From assembly GCA_949902595.1 (NCBI GenBank), contig CATLDC010000007.1, positions 29,496-93,495 on the forward strand: a stretch of DNA of 64,000 nt, in the 5' to 3' direction. The notes beneath the pieces were generated by a model, which saw only the letters and a program-made list of their open reading frames with translations, searched no databases and was not told the DNA's origin. Positions 9,870-18,529 of this stretch are shown in pieces; position 1 is the stretch's first letter; each line of letters starts with the position of its first letter. The translations under genes were made by a program, and so were the position numbers. The DNA is from an uncultured Candidatus Melainabacteria bacterium. Its GTDB lineage: Bacteria; Cyanobacteriota; Vampirovibrionia; Gastranaerophilales; Gastranaerophilaceae.

Positions 9870-10406
9870 ATGAAAAAAATAGCAATTTTGATGTGCGCGC
9901 TTTGTGTTTTATCAACAGCAGCAAATGCGGCAGACACAACAGTCCAGAAAAGACACGAAGGTATAAAAAATCCGCCTTCTAAAGAAGAAATGGCAAAAAT
10001 AAGAAAAGCTCGCGAAGAAGCTTTCGAACAAAAACTCGGCTTGACAGAAGCACAGAAGATTAAGGCACGCGAACTTCGCCAGAATGCTCACAAGCAAATG
10101 AAGCCCGTAATTGATGAGTTGATTTCAAAGAAAAAAGAGGCACGCATGGTTAAGATGTCAAGAATAGCGGTTCAGGCACAGGAAGAAAAACTTGCGGTTC
10201 TTGATAAAGAAATACAGGAACTCGAAAAGAAGGCAAACGGAATAAGAAAGAAAAATATGAAGGAGTTTGAATCAATCCTGACAAGAGACCAGCGCAAGAT
10301 TCTTAAGCAAATGAAGGAAGAGGGGCGAAAACGCTTTGAAGAACACAGAGGGCAGCGCCCGATGCCATGTCCGGAAGGCGGTGCGCCGGCAGAAGCTTCT
10401 AAGTAG
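9870..10406 (+). CDS. Secreted Spy/CpxP-like helical periplasmic protein
   Basis: Signal peptide; two LTxxQ motifs (LGLTEAQK, ILTRDQRK); highly charged and helical. Confidence 0.65.
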   Translation: MKKIAILMCALCVLSTAANAADTTVQKRHEGIKNPPSKEEMAKIRKAREEAFEQKLGLTEAQKIKARELRQNAHKQMKPVIDELISKKKEARMVKMSRIAVQAQEEKLAVLDKEIQELEKKANGIRKKNMKEFESILTRDQRKILKQMKEEGRKRFEEHRGQRPMPCPEGGAPAEASK

Positions 10407-10414
10407 ATAAGTTT

Positions 10415-10446
10415 AAGCGGTTGTGATATTTATATCACAACCGCTT
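10415..10446. terminator. Bidirectional intrinsic terminator
   Basis: AAGCGGTTGTGATAT-TT-ATATCACAACCGCTT plus T-run, between convergent genes. Confidence 0.8.
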
Positions 10447-10474
10447 TTTGTATATTGTATGGAGTATGGTATAA

Positions 10475-11665
10475 CTAGTTGTTTATTCTGTTAAGCGCTC
10501 TAGCCGCTGTTTCTGCGACTTCGGGATTAGTGTCAGCCTGTGCAAGCGTAAACAGGGTTGAGAGCTCTTCCTTGTATTCAGGTCTCTGGATGTGTCTTAG
10601 AGCGTCGATTGCAGCTACTTTTACCCCTGAATTAGGGTTGTATCTGAGCGCGTCAACAATTGCTGATGTGCCTGGAAGATCCGTCATTGGAACGATGTTT
10701 CCGGTCTGTTTTTCGACTTCGTCAGTGTAAATCTTGGTTAGGATTGCGATGGTGTAAAGCGCGTATTCCTTGTTGCGCTCTGCCTGCTCCATCGGAGAAA
10801 TCTCGTTTGCGATAGCAACCTCACGCTCTGTCAATTGGTAAGGAAGCCTTACCTGCGCCTGCGGGTTCTTTGCCTTGGCTGCTTCTGCTACCATGAAGTT
10901 TGCTATTAGTTTTTTTCTTGCAGTAACTTGCTCATCTGTAGGTGCTGCAAGTGATGTTGTGTCCTTTTGTGTGATTTCAATCAGGCTTGAGAAAACTTCG
11001 CGAACAATGTATGGAACAGCGTTTTCAGGATTGTCTAAAGAAATCCTTGCGATTTCTTCCATCTGCTGTGCCTGTGTGTCAAAATCAGGCGAGTTCAGGT
11101 TGTCAACAACAACTGCTAAATCAATGTCCGGTTTGATTTCTTCACCAGGAATGATTTCAGGCTTCTGGATGTTTGCAGCCTTAACCTCTGCCTCCATGAT
11201 TTCTATATCCTGAGCGATGTTGTCATCCGGCTGTATTTCTTCAACCTCTGCTTTTTCAGCTTCTACTGTCGTGTAGTTTGGCTCCGGTACAGAAATTGGT
11301 TCAATTTCTTCCCCTTCTTCTTCAATTTCTTCCGGCTCATCATCAAATTCAAACTCGATTTCGTTGTTTATGTCAGTCTTTGGAATGATAACATTGGTTG
11401 TCTGGTAAGAAATCGGAAATGTAACCGGAATCTGATTAACGTTTGCCATGTCGTAAGTTATTATGGAATTAGACTCCGGATAGGAGTAAACCGGTTTTGT
11501 GTTAACCTCCGGCTGGTCGATTGTGATATCTACTGCGTTGTAGGTTCCGTTGTCGTCTGTTTTGCCTGTTTCGCCCTTTGGTGCATTAACAGCAGGGTTC
11601 TTAATATTAATCTTAACAGCGCTGTAAGTTGGCTGGTTTAACTTCAAGTCCGGTGATTGTACCAT
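10475..11665 (-). CDS. HEAT-repeat protein with acidic low-complexity N-terminal half
   Basis: C-terminal NSGVKVAAIDALRHI and PEVAETAARAL HEAT-like helices. Confidence 0.6.
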   Translation of the reverse strand: MVQSPDLKLNQPTYSAVKINIKNPAVNAPKGETGKTDDNGTYNAVDITIDQPEVNTKPVYSYPESNSIITYDMANVNQIPVTFPISYQTTNVIIPKTDINNEIEFEFDDEPEEIEEEGEEIEPISVPEPNYTTVEAEKAEVEEIQPDDNIAQDIEIMEAEVKAANIQKPEIIPGEEIKPDIDLAVVVDNLNSPDFDTQAQQMEEIARISLDNPENAVPYIVREVFSSLIEITQKDTTSLAAPTDEQVTARKKLIANFMVAEAAKAKNPQAQVRLPYQLTEREVAIANEISPMEQAERNKEYALYTIAILTKIYTDEVEKQTGNIVPMTDLPGTSAIVDALRYNPNSGVKVAAIDALRHIQRPEYKEELSTLFTLAQADTNPEVAETAARALNRINN

Positions 11666-11761
11666 AATTTTCTTCCTTTCGACACATACACTTATTTAAT
11701 TTAACACCGGTCAAGAAAAAAATTGTCCTATATTGAAAAATCTTTTACAAATGTTTACATT

Positions 11762-12367
11762 TTACTTGATATTAATCACATCCAGCCCGCGAAATTCGAA
11801 AATCTCCTGTGTGTTACCCTTTAGCTTTTCTTCTGCAAGCAAGGTGCCGATAATTGCTTCAAGCTGGGCTACAGGCATCATGTTAACAGGCATTTCGCGG
11901 AATCCGTATTCAAACTTTAGAGCGGATTGCAAAAACTTGCAGTCAGCAGATGAACGCTCTTTGTAGTTGGAGTAAAGGTTTAGCTTCTGCCTTGTGAGGT
12001 AAACCTCAAACCTAGAGATGTCAGCACCCTGACTTTTAAGGTTGGAAAGAAGCTCACACCCGCGGGTCGAAAACCTCTGGGTCCAATTATCCCTGTTCAG
12101 AAAATGCTGCTCGTTGGTCTGTATAAGCTGATACGGCTTTGAAAGCACGCGCCACTTGCCTTCCAACATTGTGTTATCCCACGGAATGGAAACGCAGATT
12201 ACTGATTCCTTCAAAGATGTGTAGTTCTCAAAAAACAACTGGATGTCGTTCATTGAAAAAAGCTTGTCAACATAGATAAGCTTCCCCGTTGAAATCTCTC
12301 TAACTGCAACACCGCTTTCTATGGCTGTTCCAGCGCCTAACGATAACCCGACTGCGTACGATATCAT
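11762..12367 (-). CDS. Hypothetical protein, possibly DUF429-like RNase H fold
   Basis: N-terminal beta strands YAVGLSLG...SGVAV; 4-bp overlap with the motB stop. Confidence 0.45.
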   Translation of the reverse strand: MISYAVGLSLGAGTAIESGVAVREISTGKLIYVDKLFSMNDIQLFFENYTSLKESVICVSIPWDNTMLEGKWRVLSKPYQLIQTNEQHFLNRDNWTQRFSTRGCELLSNLKSQGADISRFEVYLTRQKLNLYSNYKERSSADCKFLQSALKFEYGFREMPVNMMPVAQLEAIIGTLLAEEKLKGNTQEIFEFRGLDVINIK

Positions 12368-13434
12368 AACCCGAAGTCCTCATCTTCCGGAATGTTGGAA
12401 TCAAGCTTGATTACGCGCCTTTCAACAGGAGGCATGATGTCCTCTTTGTTCGGAGTCTCTTTGTCAATGTTAATGTATAATTCCATGTTCTTATCTGAAA
12501 GCTTTTCACTCTTCTGCTTAGCAGCCATGCGTGCCCTGTGCTCCTCAATAAGCTTTTTGGCAGCAGGAGAAAGCGAATCACCCTCAACAAGCCTTATTAC
12601 CTCAGCCCTCTGCTTCTGGATTGCTTCCTGCTGGGCCTTTGTAAGCTTCATTGTGTTGTCGTTTCTGGACTCAACCTCTCTTCTGTACTTGTTTTTCATG
12701 ATAAGGATTTCAACCCTCCTGTTTGCAGGGTCCTTAGGTGAAATCGCTGTCTCTAACGGACGCGTGTCTGCGTAGCCGATTGCAGAGAAAAGTGACGGCG
12801 AGAACTTGAAACGGTCGATTAAATACCTTACAACAGATGAGGCTCTCGCTGATGAAAGCTCCCAGTTTGAAGGATACATGCTGCTTCTTATCGGGTCAGA
12901 ATCTGTGTGACCCTCTATTCTCATTGCATGCAATACGAACTTCTTGCAAATTATTACCCCAACCTTGTCGAGGATTTTTCTTGCGTTTTTGTCTAAGTAA
13001 GCAGAAGCAGGAGCGAAAAGGTATTTGTCTTCAAAAGTCAATAAAAGCCCTTTGTCTGTAATTTTTGAGGTGATACCGTCAAGCTCGCCGGCTTCTGTCA
13101 GGTCTTTGATTGTTTCTTCAATCTCGTTGAAGGCTGTTTCTTCGTATTTTGGACTTATGTATTCCAGCATAAGACTCGGGATGAAAGAGTTTGCCTGCTG
13201 CTGGTCAAAAATCGAGTTGCTGCCGTCCATAACAGACTGCTGCCCGTCAAGCAGCGTGTTCTGACTGAAAGCTTGTTTCAGGGATTCTTCCAGCTTTGCA
13301 AAGTCAGAGGCGTCAACCTGCGCAAGCGCGTAGAGTACTACGAACGTAGCAAAAAGCAGGGTGATAAAATCACCGTATGATACGAGCCATCGCTCAAGGT
13401 TTTCCGGTTCTTCTTCTCTCTTTTTCTTAGCCAT
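12364..13434 (-). CDS. motB: Flagellar motor stator MotB (OmpA-like domain, extended C-terminus)
   Basis: ERWLVSYGDFITLLFATFVVLYA, IEGHTD, SNWELSSARA, GYADTRP, ANRRVEILI. Confidence 0.9.
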   Translation of the reverse strand: MAKKKREEEPENLERWLVSYGDFITLLFATFVVLYALAQVDASDFAKLEESLKQAFSQNTLLDGQQSVMDGSNSIFDQQQANSFIPSLMLEYISPKYEETAFNEIEETIKDLTEAGELDGITSKITDKGLLLTFEDKYLFAPASAYLDKNARKILDKVGVIICKKFVLHAMRIEGHTDSDPIRSSMYPSNWELSSARASSVVRYLIDRFKFSPSLFSAIGYADTRPLETAISPKDPANRRVEILIMKNKYRREVESRNDNTMKLTKAQQEAIQKQRAEVIRLVEGDSLSPAAKKLIEEHRARMAAKQKSEKLSDKNMELYINIDKETPNKEDIMPPVERRVIKLDSNIPEDEDFGL

Positions 13435-14200
13435 TTGCCTTTGCGTCCGTTGTTTCTTCTTCTAATATAAATGAGCGGAGCTTTCTTTCAATCAAAACAG
13501 GGCTCTCTCCTGCCTGAATTGATAAAACGCCTTCAAGTATCATGTTCTTGTACAAGAAAACTTTCTGGTAGATAAACTTGATTCTGGTGCCTAATGGAAT
13601 CATTACTAGGTTTGCAGCAAACAGACCGTAAATCGTTGCTACGAAAGCAACCGCAATACCAGCACCAAGCTTTGACGGGTCAGAAAGGTTCTGCATAACC
13701 TGAATCAAACCAAGTACCGCACCGATGATACCAAGGGTCGGTGAGTATCCGCCGAAAGACTCAAAAACTTTTGCACAGCTGTGAACATGCTCCTCAAGCT
13801 GTGAAATCTGGTTTTCCAACATCTCTCTAACAAGAGTCGGGTCAGTACCATCGGCAACCGCTCCGAGCCCGAGGGTCAGAAGCGAGTCTGATGCGTTGTT
13901 TGCTTCTTTTTCAAGCGAGATGATACCTTCTTTTCTTGCTTTTGTAGCAAACCCGCCGATTTCGGTTATAAGTGCATTAAAATCAGTCTTGGGCGGCATG
14001 AAAACATTCTTGAGCATCTTTATGGCAGCCATAAGTGTCTGCGGCGGAAAACTCAATACAATCGCACCTGTTGTACCGCCAAGTACGATGAACGCAGCCG
14101 TTACCTGTAACAACTGACCTATGTTTCCGCCTTCCATTGCTTGCCCTGTAAGGATGAAGCCTATACCAAGAAACACCCCTATTACTGCAAATATATCCAT
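13427..14200 (-). CDS. motA: Flagellar motor stator MotA
   Basis: IVLGGTTGAIVLSFP, ARKEGIISLE, GGYSPTLGIIGAVLGLI, AFVATIYG..ANL. Confidence 0.92.
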   Translation of the reverse strand: MDIFAVIGVFLGIGFILTGQAMEGGNIGQLLQVTAAFIVLGGTTGAIVLSFPPQTLMAAIKMLKNVFMPPKTDFNALITEIGGFATKARKEGIISLEKEANNASDSLLTLGLGAVADGTDPTLVREMLENQISQLEEHVHSCAKVFESFGGYSPTLGIIGAVLGLIQVMQNLSDPSKLGAGIAVAFVATIYGLFAANLVMIPLGTRIKFIYQKVFLYKNMILEGVLSIQAGESPVLIERKLRSFILEEETTDAKANG

Positions 14201-14333
14201 AACTATCTCCGATTGTATACTATTCTGACTATATTAAACTACACTTTTTACAGTTTGGAATCCTTTAAATATAGTAGTTTTAACCTGCATAAAACAAAAT
14301 GATTGTTAATTTTTGTAACGATTTTGTTACAAA

Positions 14334-14363
14334 AGCGTTATTAATTTCCAAAATGTGGAATTA
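14334..14363 (+). promoter_or_regulatory. Rightward promoter-like motif, probable native promoter of the flagellin-like gene before prophage insertion; preceded by palindrome TGTAACGATTTTGTTACA (14314-14331)
   Basis: Near-identical to the motif before the autotransporter; TGTGG-AATTAT is in the same register as TGTGG-TATAAT at 55181-55195 (minus strand). Confidence 0.5.
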
Positions 14364-14430
14364 TATAAATATGAGGTACGGAAGCTCAAATATATTACAT
14401 AATTATGTTAAAGGTGTGAATTATTTGATA

Positions 14431-14505
14431 GTTTGAGAAAGGAGCATGAATATCTGGAGTGCTGTTGGGGAGTGTGATTGAGGGGTAAAAAAGAGGTTTG
14501 AGAAA
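14431..14505 (+). repeat. Left-end transposase-binding repeats
   Basis: GTTTGAGAAA at 14431-14440 and 14496-14505, inverse of the right-end TTTCTCAAAC copies. Confidence 0.8.
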
Positions 14506-14627
14506 AAAGTTAAAAAGTATCAAATTAGTATCAATTAATTCCCCCAAAGTAAAAAGGCTGTATGTATGATTATGGTTGTAATACAGGTTTGCCAAGGCTT
14601 GAGGGTTTGGTACTTTTTTGATATTTT

Positions 14628-14785
14628 TTTCGCACCTTTTTAGTTTTCTATTAAAAATCTATTAATTCCTTATTAATACTGGAGTTTTAGCCTATTTTGC
14701 AAAGATAAAAATTTCGCACCTTTTTGCACAAGGTGCGAAATTTTTTAGGCAAAAGGTGCGAAAAAAGGTACGCAAAGGTGCGAAA
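14628..14785. repeat. Array of AAGGTGCGAAA 11-mers near the left prophage end
   Basis: Reverse copies at 14628 and 14712; forward copies at 14730, 14753 and 14775; degenerate copy at 14765; 15-bp inverted repeat spanning 14708-14744. Confidence 0.85.
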
Positions 14786-14915
14786 TTTTTAAGGGATTAA
14801 AACAGGGGTATTATGACTACTATTATTAAACTTGAGGTTATTTGAGCAGGGATAACAAAATGTCCGGAAAAAATGTTTTTCACGAACATTTTTAGGTAGA
14901 ATTTATATAAATATT

Positions 14916-15134
14916 CTAAGAATTATGGTTGGTTACTGCTGCATCGGAAGTATTTAACTCCGCAATTTCTTTCAATATTTTCGAGCATTCTTCAATAATA
15001 TCTGTAAAACTATCGTAAGCCATTGAGTAATTCAGACTTGCGCGCTGATAATTTTCAGCTTTCATCTCTTCAAATTGAGCTTGAGCAGCTAATAATCTAG
15101 TCTCAAGTTCTAGTAATACTATATTATCACTCAT
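14916..15134 (-). CDS. Phage hypothetical protein
   Basis: 72 aa, GGAG RBS, last gene of the early operon. Confidence 0.6.
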   Translation of the reverse strand: MSDNIVLLELETRLLAAQAQFEEMKAENYQRASLNYSMAYDSFTDIIEECSKILKEIAELNTSDAAVTNHNS

Positions 15135-15142
15135 GATAACTC

Positions 15143-15346
15143 CTAATTTAACTCATCAAATTTTTTATCAATAATCGGCTGTAAAACTTTATTAAACCAC
15201 TTTATGAACTCTTTCTGCTGTTCATCTGTTAGATTCTTACAAGATATCCAGCATGGATGATAATTATCAACATTGCCTTTTGCTTTATAACCGATATAAA
15301 ATAACGAACGTTGATGTTTTGTCATAAAATCATAATCCCGCATCAA
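15143..15346 (-). CDS. Phage hypothetical protein
   Basis: 67 aa, overlaps its upstream neighbour in the operon. Confidence 0.55.
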   Translation of the reverse strand: MMRDYDFMTKHQRSLFYIGYKAKGNVDNYHPCWISCKNLTDEQQKEFIKWFNKVLQPIIDKKFDELN

Positions 15347-15542
15347 TGATTAATCTTGATTTAATAACATTCCAATCGATTTCCATACAAGCATTGTATG
15401 CTTGTAGTGTTTCTGTTGAGTTAAGACATACAGTCTGTTGAATATTAGAATATTTATTTTGCATTAAAAATACAGAGAATATAATCAGTGTTGCTGCTAA
15501 TGCAACAATAAAATGGCGTAAATCTTTGTAGTATAGATACAT
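15330..15542 (-). CDS. Phage small membrane protein
   Basis: 70 aa, one hydrophobic segment, GGAGG RBS. Confidence 0.55.
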   Translation of the reverse strand: MYLYYKDLRHFIVALAATLIIFSVFLMQNKYSNIQQTVCLNSTETLQAYNACMEIDWNVIKSRLIIDAGL

Positions 15543-15543
15543 T

Positions 15544-15861
15544 TTAACCTCCTAAGTTAAATAATTTGAGTTGTACATTATTTGTGGTTTTATTCAAATT
15601 TTTCTGTAGTTGCCGTTCTTGCCAAGCTTTGCGAGCAATTTCTACTAACTCGTAATAATCAATATGGTCAGTTTCTGGTGGTAATTCCGGCTCATCAGCA
15701 AGAGAACCGCAACCCCAGGGACAAAAATTAGGATAAGTATGCCTAGAAGTAGTAACAATTCTTCCGCATTTTGGACACCATTTAGATACCATTAGCCTGT
15801 CCCTCTTCTGCAAGACGTTTGAACTCATCATCAAGTGTTCGCTGGCCTTCAACAGGTACAT
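15544..15861 (-). CDS. Phage zinc-ribbon protein (true start probably ~15792)
   Basis: WCPKCG...FCPWGCG cysteine motifs. Confidence 0.6.
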   Translation of the reverse strand: MYLLKASEHLMMSSNVLQKRDRLMVSKWCPKCGRIVTTSRHTYPNFCPWGCGSLADEPELPPETDHIDYYELVEIARKAWQERQLQKNLNKTTNNVQLKLFNLGG

Positions 15862-16189
15862 TTTTGGCTTTGATTTTTGTTTTTAAGACTTCTCTGACAA
15901 ATTTTTCACTTACACCTATAGTTCTTGCGATATCTTTAATTGAGCGCGCAGAATAGTCATATTTTTCTCTAATATATTGGATTTGTATATTCATCCAAGG
16001 ACGTGCCGGAACCTGAATAATATTACCCTGCATGTATACCAGCAGTTTGATGGCAGTTTCGCTTCCGCAAAGCTCAAATACATCCTTCATAGTCTGTGTA
16101 GGCATATCATCTACGGTCAAGTCTGCCGTTTTGATTTTAAGACGTCCTACCTGAATTTCTTCAATGTCTGTTTCTGTAAAATTAATCAT
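15782..16189 (-). CDS. Mor/C-like transcription activator
   Basis: ELCGSETAIKLLVYMQGNIIQVP followed by HTH SIKDIARTIGVSEKFVREVL. Confidence 0.8.
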   Translation of the reverse strand: MINFTETDIEEIQVGRLKIKTADLTVDDMPTQTMKDVFELCGSETAIKLLVYMQGNIIQVPARPWMNIQIQYIREKYDYSARSIKDIARTIGVSEKFVREVLKTKIKAKNVPVEGQRTLDDEFKRLAEEGQANGI

Positions 16190-16221
16190 TTTGACCTCAT
16201 CAGTTAACGCATAACGCTAAG

Positions 16222-16249
16222 ACAAGCTGCGGAGGGATTTGCAGCTTGT
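16222..16249. terminator. Hairpin between gam and mor
   Basis: ACAAGCTGC-N10-GCAGCTTGT. Confidence 0.45.
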
Positions 16250-16259
16250 TTCGGTCTTT

Positions 16260-16808
16260 TTAAGCTTCACCTACTCCTGCAGCAATACGCGCAACATCAG
16301 GTGTAATGGTTAGGCTGTCTTTTGTAACAATTTGTGCTCCGATTTTGGAGAGAGTTGCAGCATCCAACTCACGGAGCTTGTCTTTGTCGATTTTTTTATC
16401 AATCTTAAGGCAGAAATCAAGATTTGCAGCTTCAATTGATTTAATTACCACATCAACATTGTTTTCAAGTTTTACACTTGAAGACACTCTGTAAGCTACA
16501 GTGCCATAGTTAAGAGTTTTACTGCGTTTATTGAGGAAAGAATCCTTATTTTGTTCACAGAAGCGCGTTATTTCGCTAGAAATTCTTTTCTGTTCTGATA
16601 CAATTTCTTCTGATTCAGCGGTATACTTTTCCTTGATATTGTTAATTTCCAGGGTCTGTAAGCCTTCAATTCTGGATTTTTCAATCTCCAGATTGCCCAA
16701 TTTTCTGATAGCACAATCCACGTCGTGCCAGTTTTTGTAAATACTTTCTTTTTTTGTTCTACCCATATCTGTCAACCTTTGGTCGGAACACATTTTGTAA
16801 TACTGCAA
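16260..16808 (-). CDS. gam: Mu Gam-like host-nuclease inhibitor
   Basis: Coiled-coil N-half, RFCEQNKDSFL.KRSKTLNYGTVAYR, and C-terminal KIDKDKL...ITKDSLTITP typical of Gam. Confidence 0.85.
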   Translation of the reverse strand: MQYYKMCSDQRLTDMGRTKKESIYKNWHDVDCAIRKLGNLEIEKSRIEGLQTLEINNIKEKYTAESEEIVSEQKRISSEITRFCEQNKDSFLNKRSKTLNYGTVAYRVSSSVKLENNVDVVIKSIEAANLDFCLKIDKKIDKDKLRELDAATLSKIGAQIVTKDSLTITPDVARIAAGVGEA

Positions 16809-16860
16809 GCCGGTTTTGTATCTACAGGTGTTCCCTTGCTGTAGTACTACCGGCCGGATG

Positions 16861-17100
16861 TTATCCTACAAGTTGTAAAACGCAGTTTGATAAGTCTTTA
16901 ACAGCCTTTTGATACCCTATCTCTGCTGCAATATGGGTAGTAATCTGGCTTATCATTTCAGGATTGTAGAACAACGCTTTTGCGTAATAGTTTGTTAAAA
17001 AAGATTTTCTACTCACGGATTCTGAGAAGAGCTTTTCTATCCTGTTTTTTGTATCAACTTTGGTATTTTCAATCTTAAAAGATGGGGATTTGTCGTTCAT
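16861..17100 (-). CDS. Phage hypothetical protein
   Basis: 79 aa, in the early operon. Confidence 0.55.
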   Translation of the reverse strand: MNDKSPSFKIENTKVDTKNRIEKLFSESVSRKSFLTNYYAKALFYNPEMISQITTHIAAEIGYQKAVKDLSNCVLQLVG

Positions 17101-17103
17101 AGT

Positions 17104-17550
17104 TTATCTTCCTTTCTGCATTTCTGTAATAGCTTTAATTAACTTGCTTACATCGTTGTGTTTGATGAATTTAAGACTGTCTTTGCCTGTAATTTTTTTG
17201 CATATAATATCTAACCCTTGCGCTCTGGCTTCGTCCGTTTTTGCGTAGGAGACATCAAACCACATAGCCTCAATTTTTCTAAGCTGTGCAGGTGTTGCCA
17301 TTCCACTTCGCCATCCAAGATTATTGTATTTGTATTGCCTCATCTTTGTAGACGCTTTAGGCTTAAATACACCCGCTTCATTTGCTTTATCGCGCAAATT
17401 GTTGAGAAAAATATTTGCATCATATGTTGATAAATCTTTGCTGGATTCTGCCCCGTTATACTGCGATAACATTTCTCTGTATGTATCTTCATCAATTGCA
17501 AGAAGCTTGCGCATATATCCGATTTGTTGTCGTTGTGCTGATGTTGACAT
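17104..17550 (-). CDS. GemA/DUF1018-like regulatory protein
   Basis: RKLLAIDEDTYREMLSQYNGAESSKDLS and ATPAQLRKIEAMW. Confidence 0.8.
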   Translation of the reverse strand: MSTSAQRQQIGYMRKLLAIDEDTYREMLSQYNGAESSKDLSTYDANIFLNNLRDKANEAGVFKPKASTKMRQYKYNNLGWRSGMATPAQLRKIEAMWFDVSYAKTDEARAQGLDIICKKITGKDSLKFIKHNDVSKLIKAITEMQKGR

Positions 17551-17561
17551 TTTATCCCTTT

Positions 17562-18497
17562 CTATAATGCAATCTTTTTATACGCTGTCTTAACCATATT
17601 GATGTTTAAATTCTGTTTTGATGTAATAAGAATATCGTTAGTTCTTTTAATAAGGTTGAAAAGATGTCTGGTATTGCTTTTACAGAGTCTATAAAAAGTC
17701 TGCTGTATTTCTAAATTACTTTCTGGAAAAACTTGGACAACAAGTTTTTGAGAATCTTCCAAAGTGAGCGAATCAAGCTTTTCAATATATCCAAGCCTGT
17801 TGGTAACATACGAAAATTCTCCCTGCATCCGTACAAGATTGCCGGAAAGTCTTTCTGTTCCAACGAATAATAATCCACAAGTAAAATCACATCTGTCATG
17901 AATTTTTCTTAAAGTTCTAAAGCAAGAACTATTTATATTTTCAGCTTCATCAATAATAATTAAATATTCACTCCCCTTAAGTCTTTCTACAAGTATTTCA
18001 GTAAATTCTTGACAAGACATATTGTTATTCATTTTTAAACGCAGAGCTCTACCGATAAGCATTAAAAGAGTACGTGTTGAAATTTTTTCATCTGGGTCAA
18101 TAACTATAACTCCGGAATGTGTCTGCGCATAATTTTTAATGGCTGTTGTCTTACCTAATCCAGAAGAACCAACACAAAGACCTATTTCTGAATTTAACTG
18201 ACAGGCACGTGCAACATTAAAAAATTTATTAGCTACTGAAGTTTTAACAAAGTTGAAACGAATTTTCTTATGAGATTTGCGTTCTCTTGACATTTGAAGA
18301 AACTTTGATAAAACAGCTTCAAACTCGTCCAGATTGCCGTCATATTTTTCATTAAGGTAAGTATTTACTGCTGATTGTGAATAATCCAGCTTTTTGGCCA
18401 AATCTTTCTGCGAAATTTCTTGTTCTTGTATTAGTTCTTTTAACTCGTTTAATAGTTGTTGATTTTGTCGTCTTTCCTCTGTCATTTTTCCCTCCAT
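17562..18497 (-). CDS. MuB-like transposition AAA+ ATPase with N-terminal HTH
   Basis: ISQKDLAKKLDYSQSAVNTYLNEKY; Walker A GSSGLGKTT; Walker B IIIDEAE; directly follows the transposase. Confidence 0.9.
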   Translation of the reverse strand: MEGKMTEERRQNQQLLNELKELIQEQEISQKDLAKKLDYSQSAVNTYLNEKYDGNLDEFEAVLSKFLQMSRERKSHKKIRFNFVKTSVANKFFNVARACQLNSEIGLCVGSSGLGKTTAIKNYAQTHSGVIVIDPDEKISTRTLLMLIGRALRLKMNNNMSCQEFTEILVERLKGSEYLIIIDEAENINSSCFRTLRKIHDRCDFTCGLLFVGTERLSGNLVRMQGEFSYVTNRLGYIEKLDSLTLEDSQKLVVQVFPESNLEIQQTFYRLCKSNTRHLFNLIKRTNDILITSKQNLNINMVKTAYKKIAL

Positions 18498-18529
18498 TTA
18501 TTTTTGTAACAGGCGTACAAGCTTGTATT

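Noticed and set aside
14395-14595. 66-aa minus-strand ORF spanning the left prophage junction
   Set aside because: It crosses the TSD and end repeats, has low-complexity AT-rich content and no RBS.
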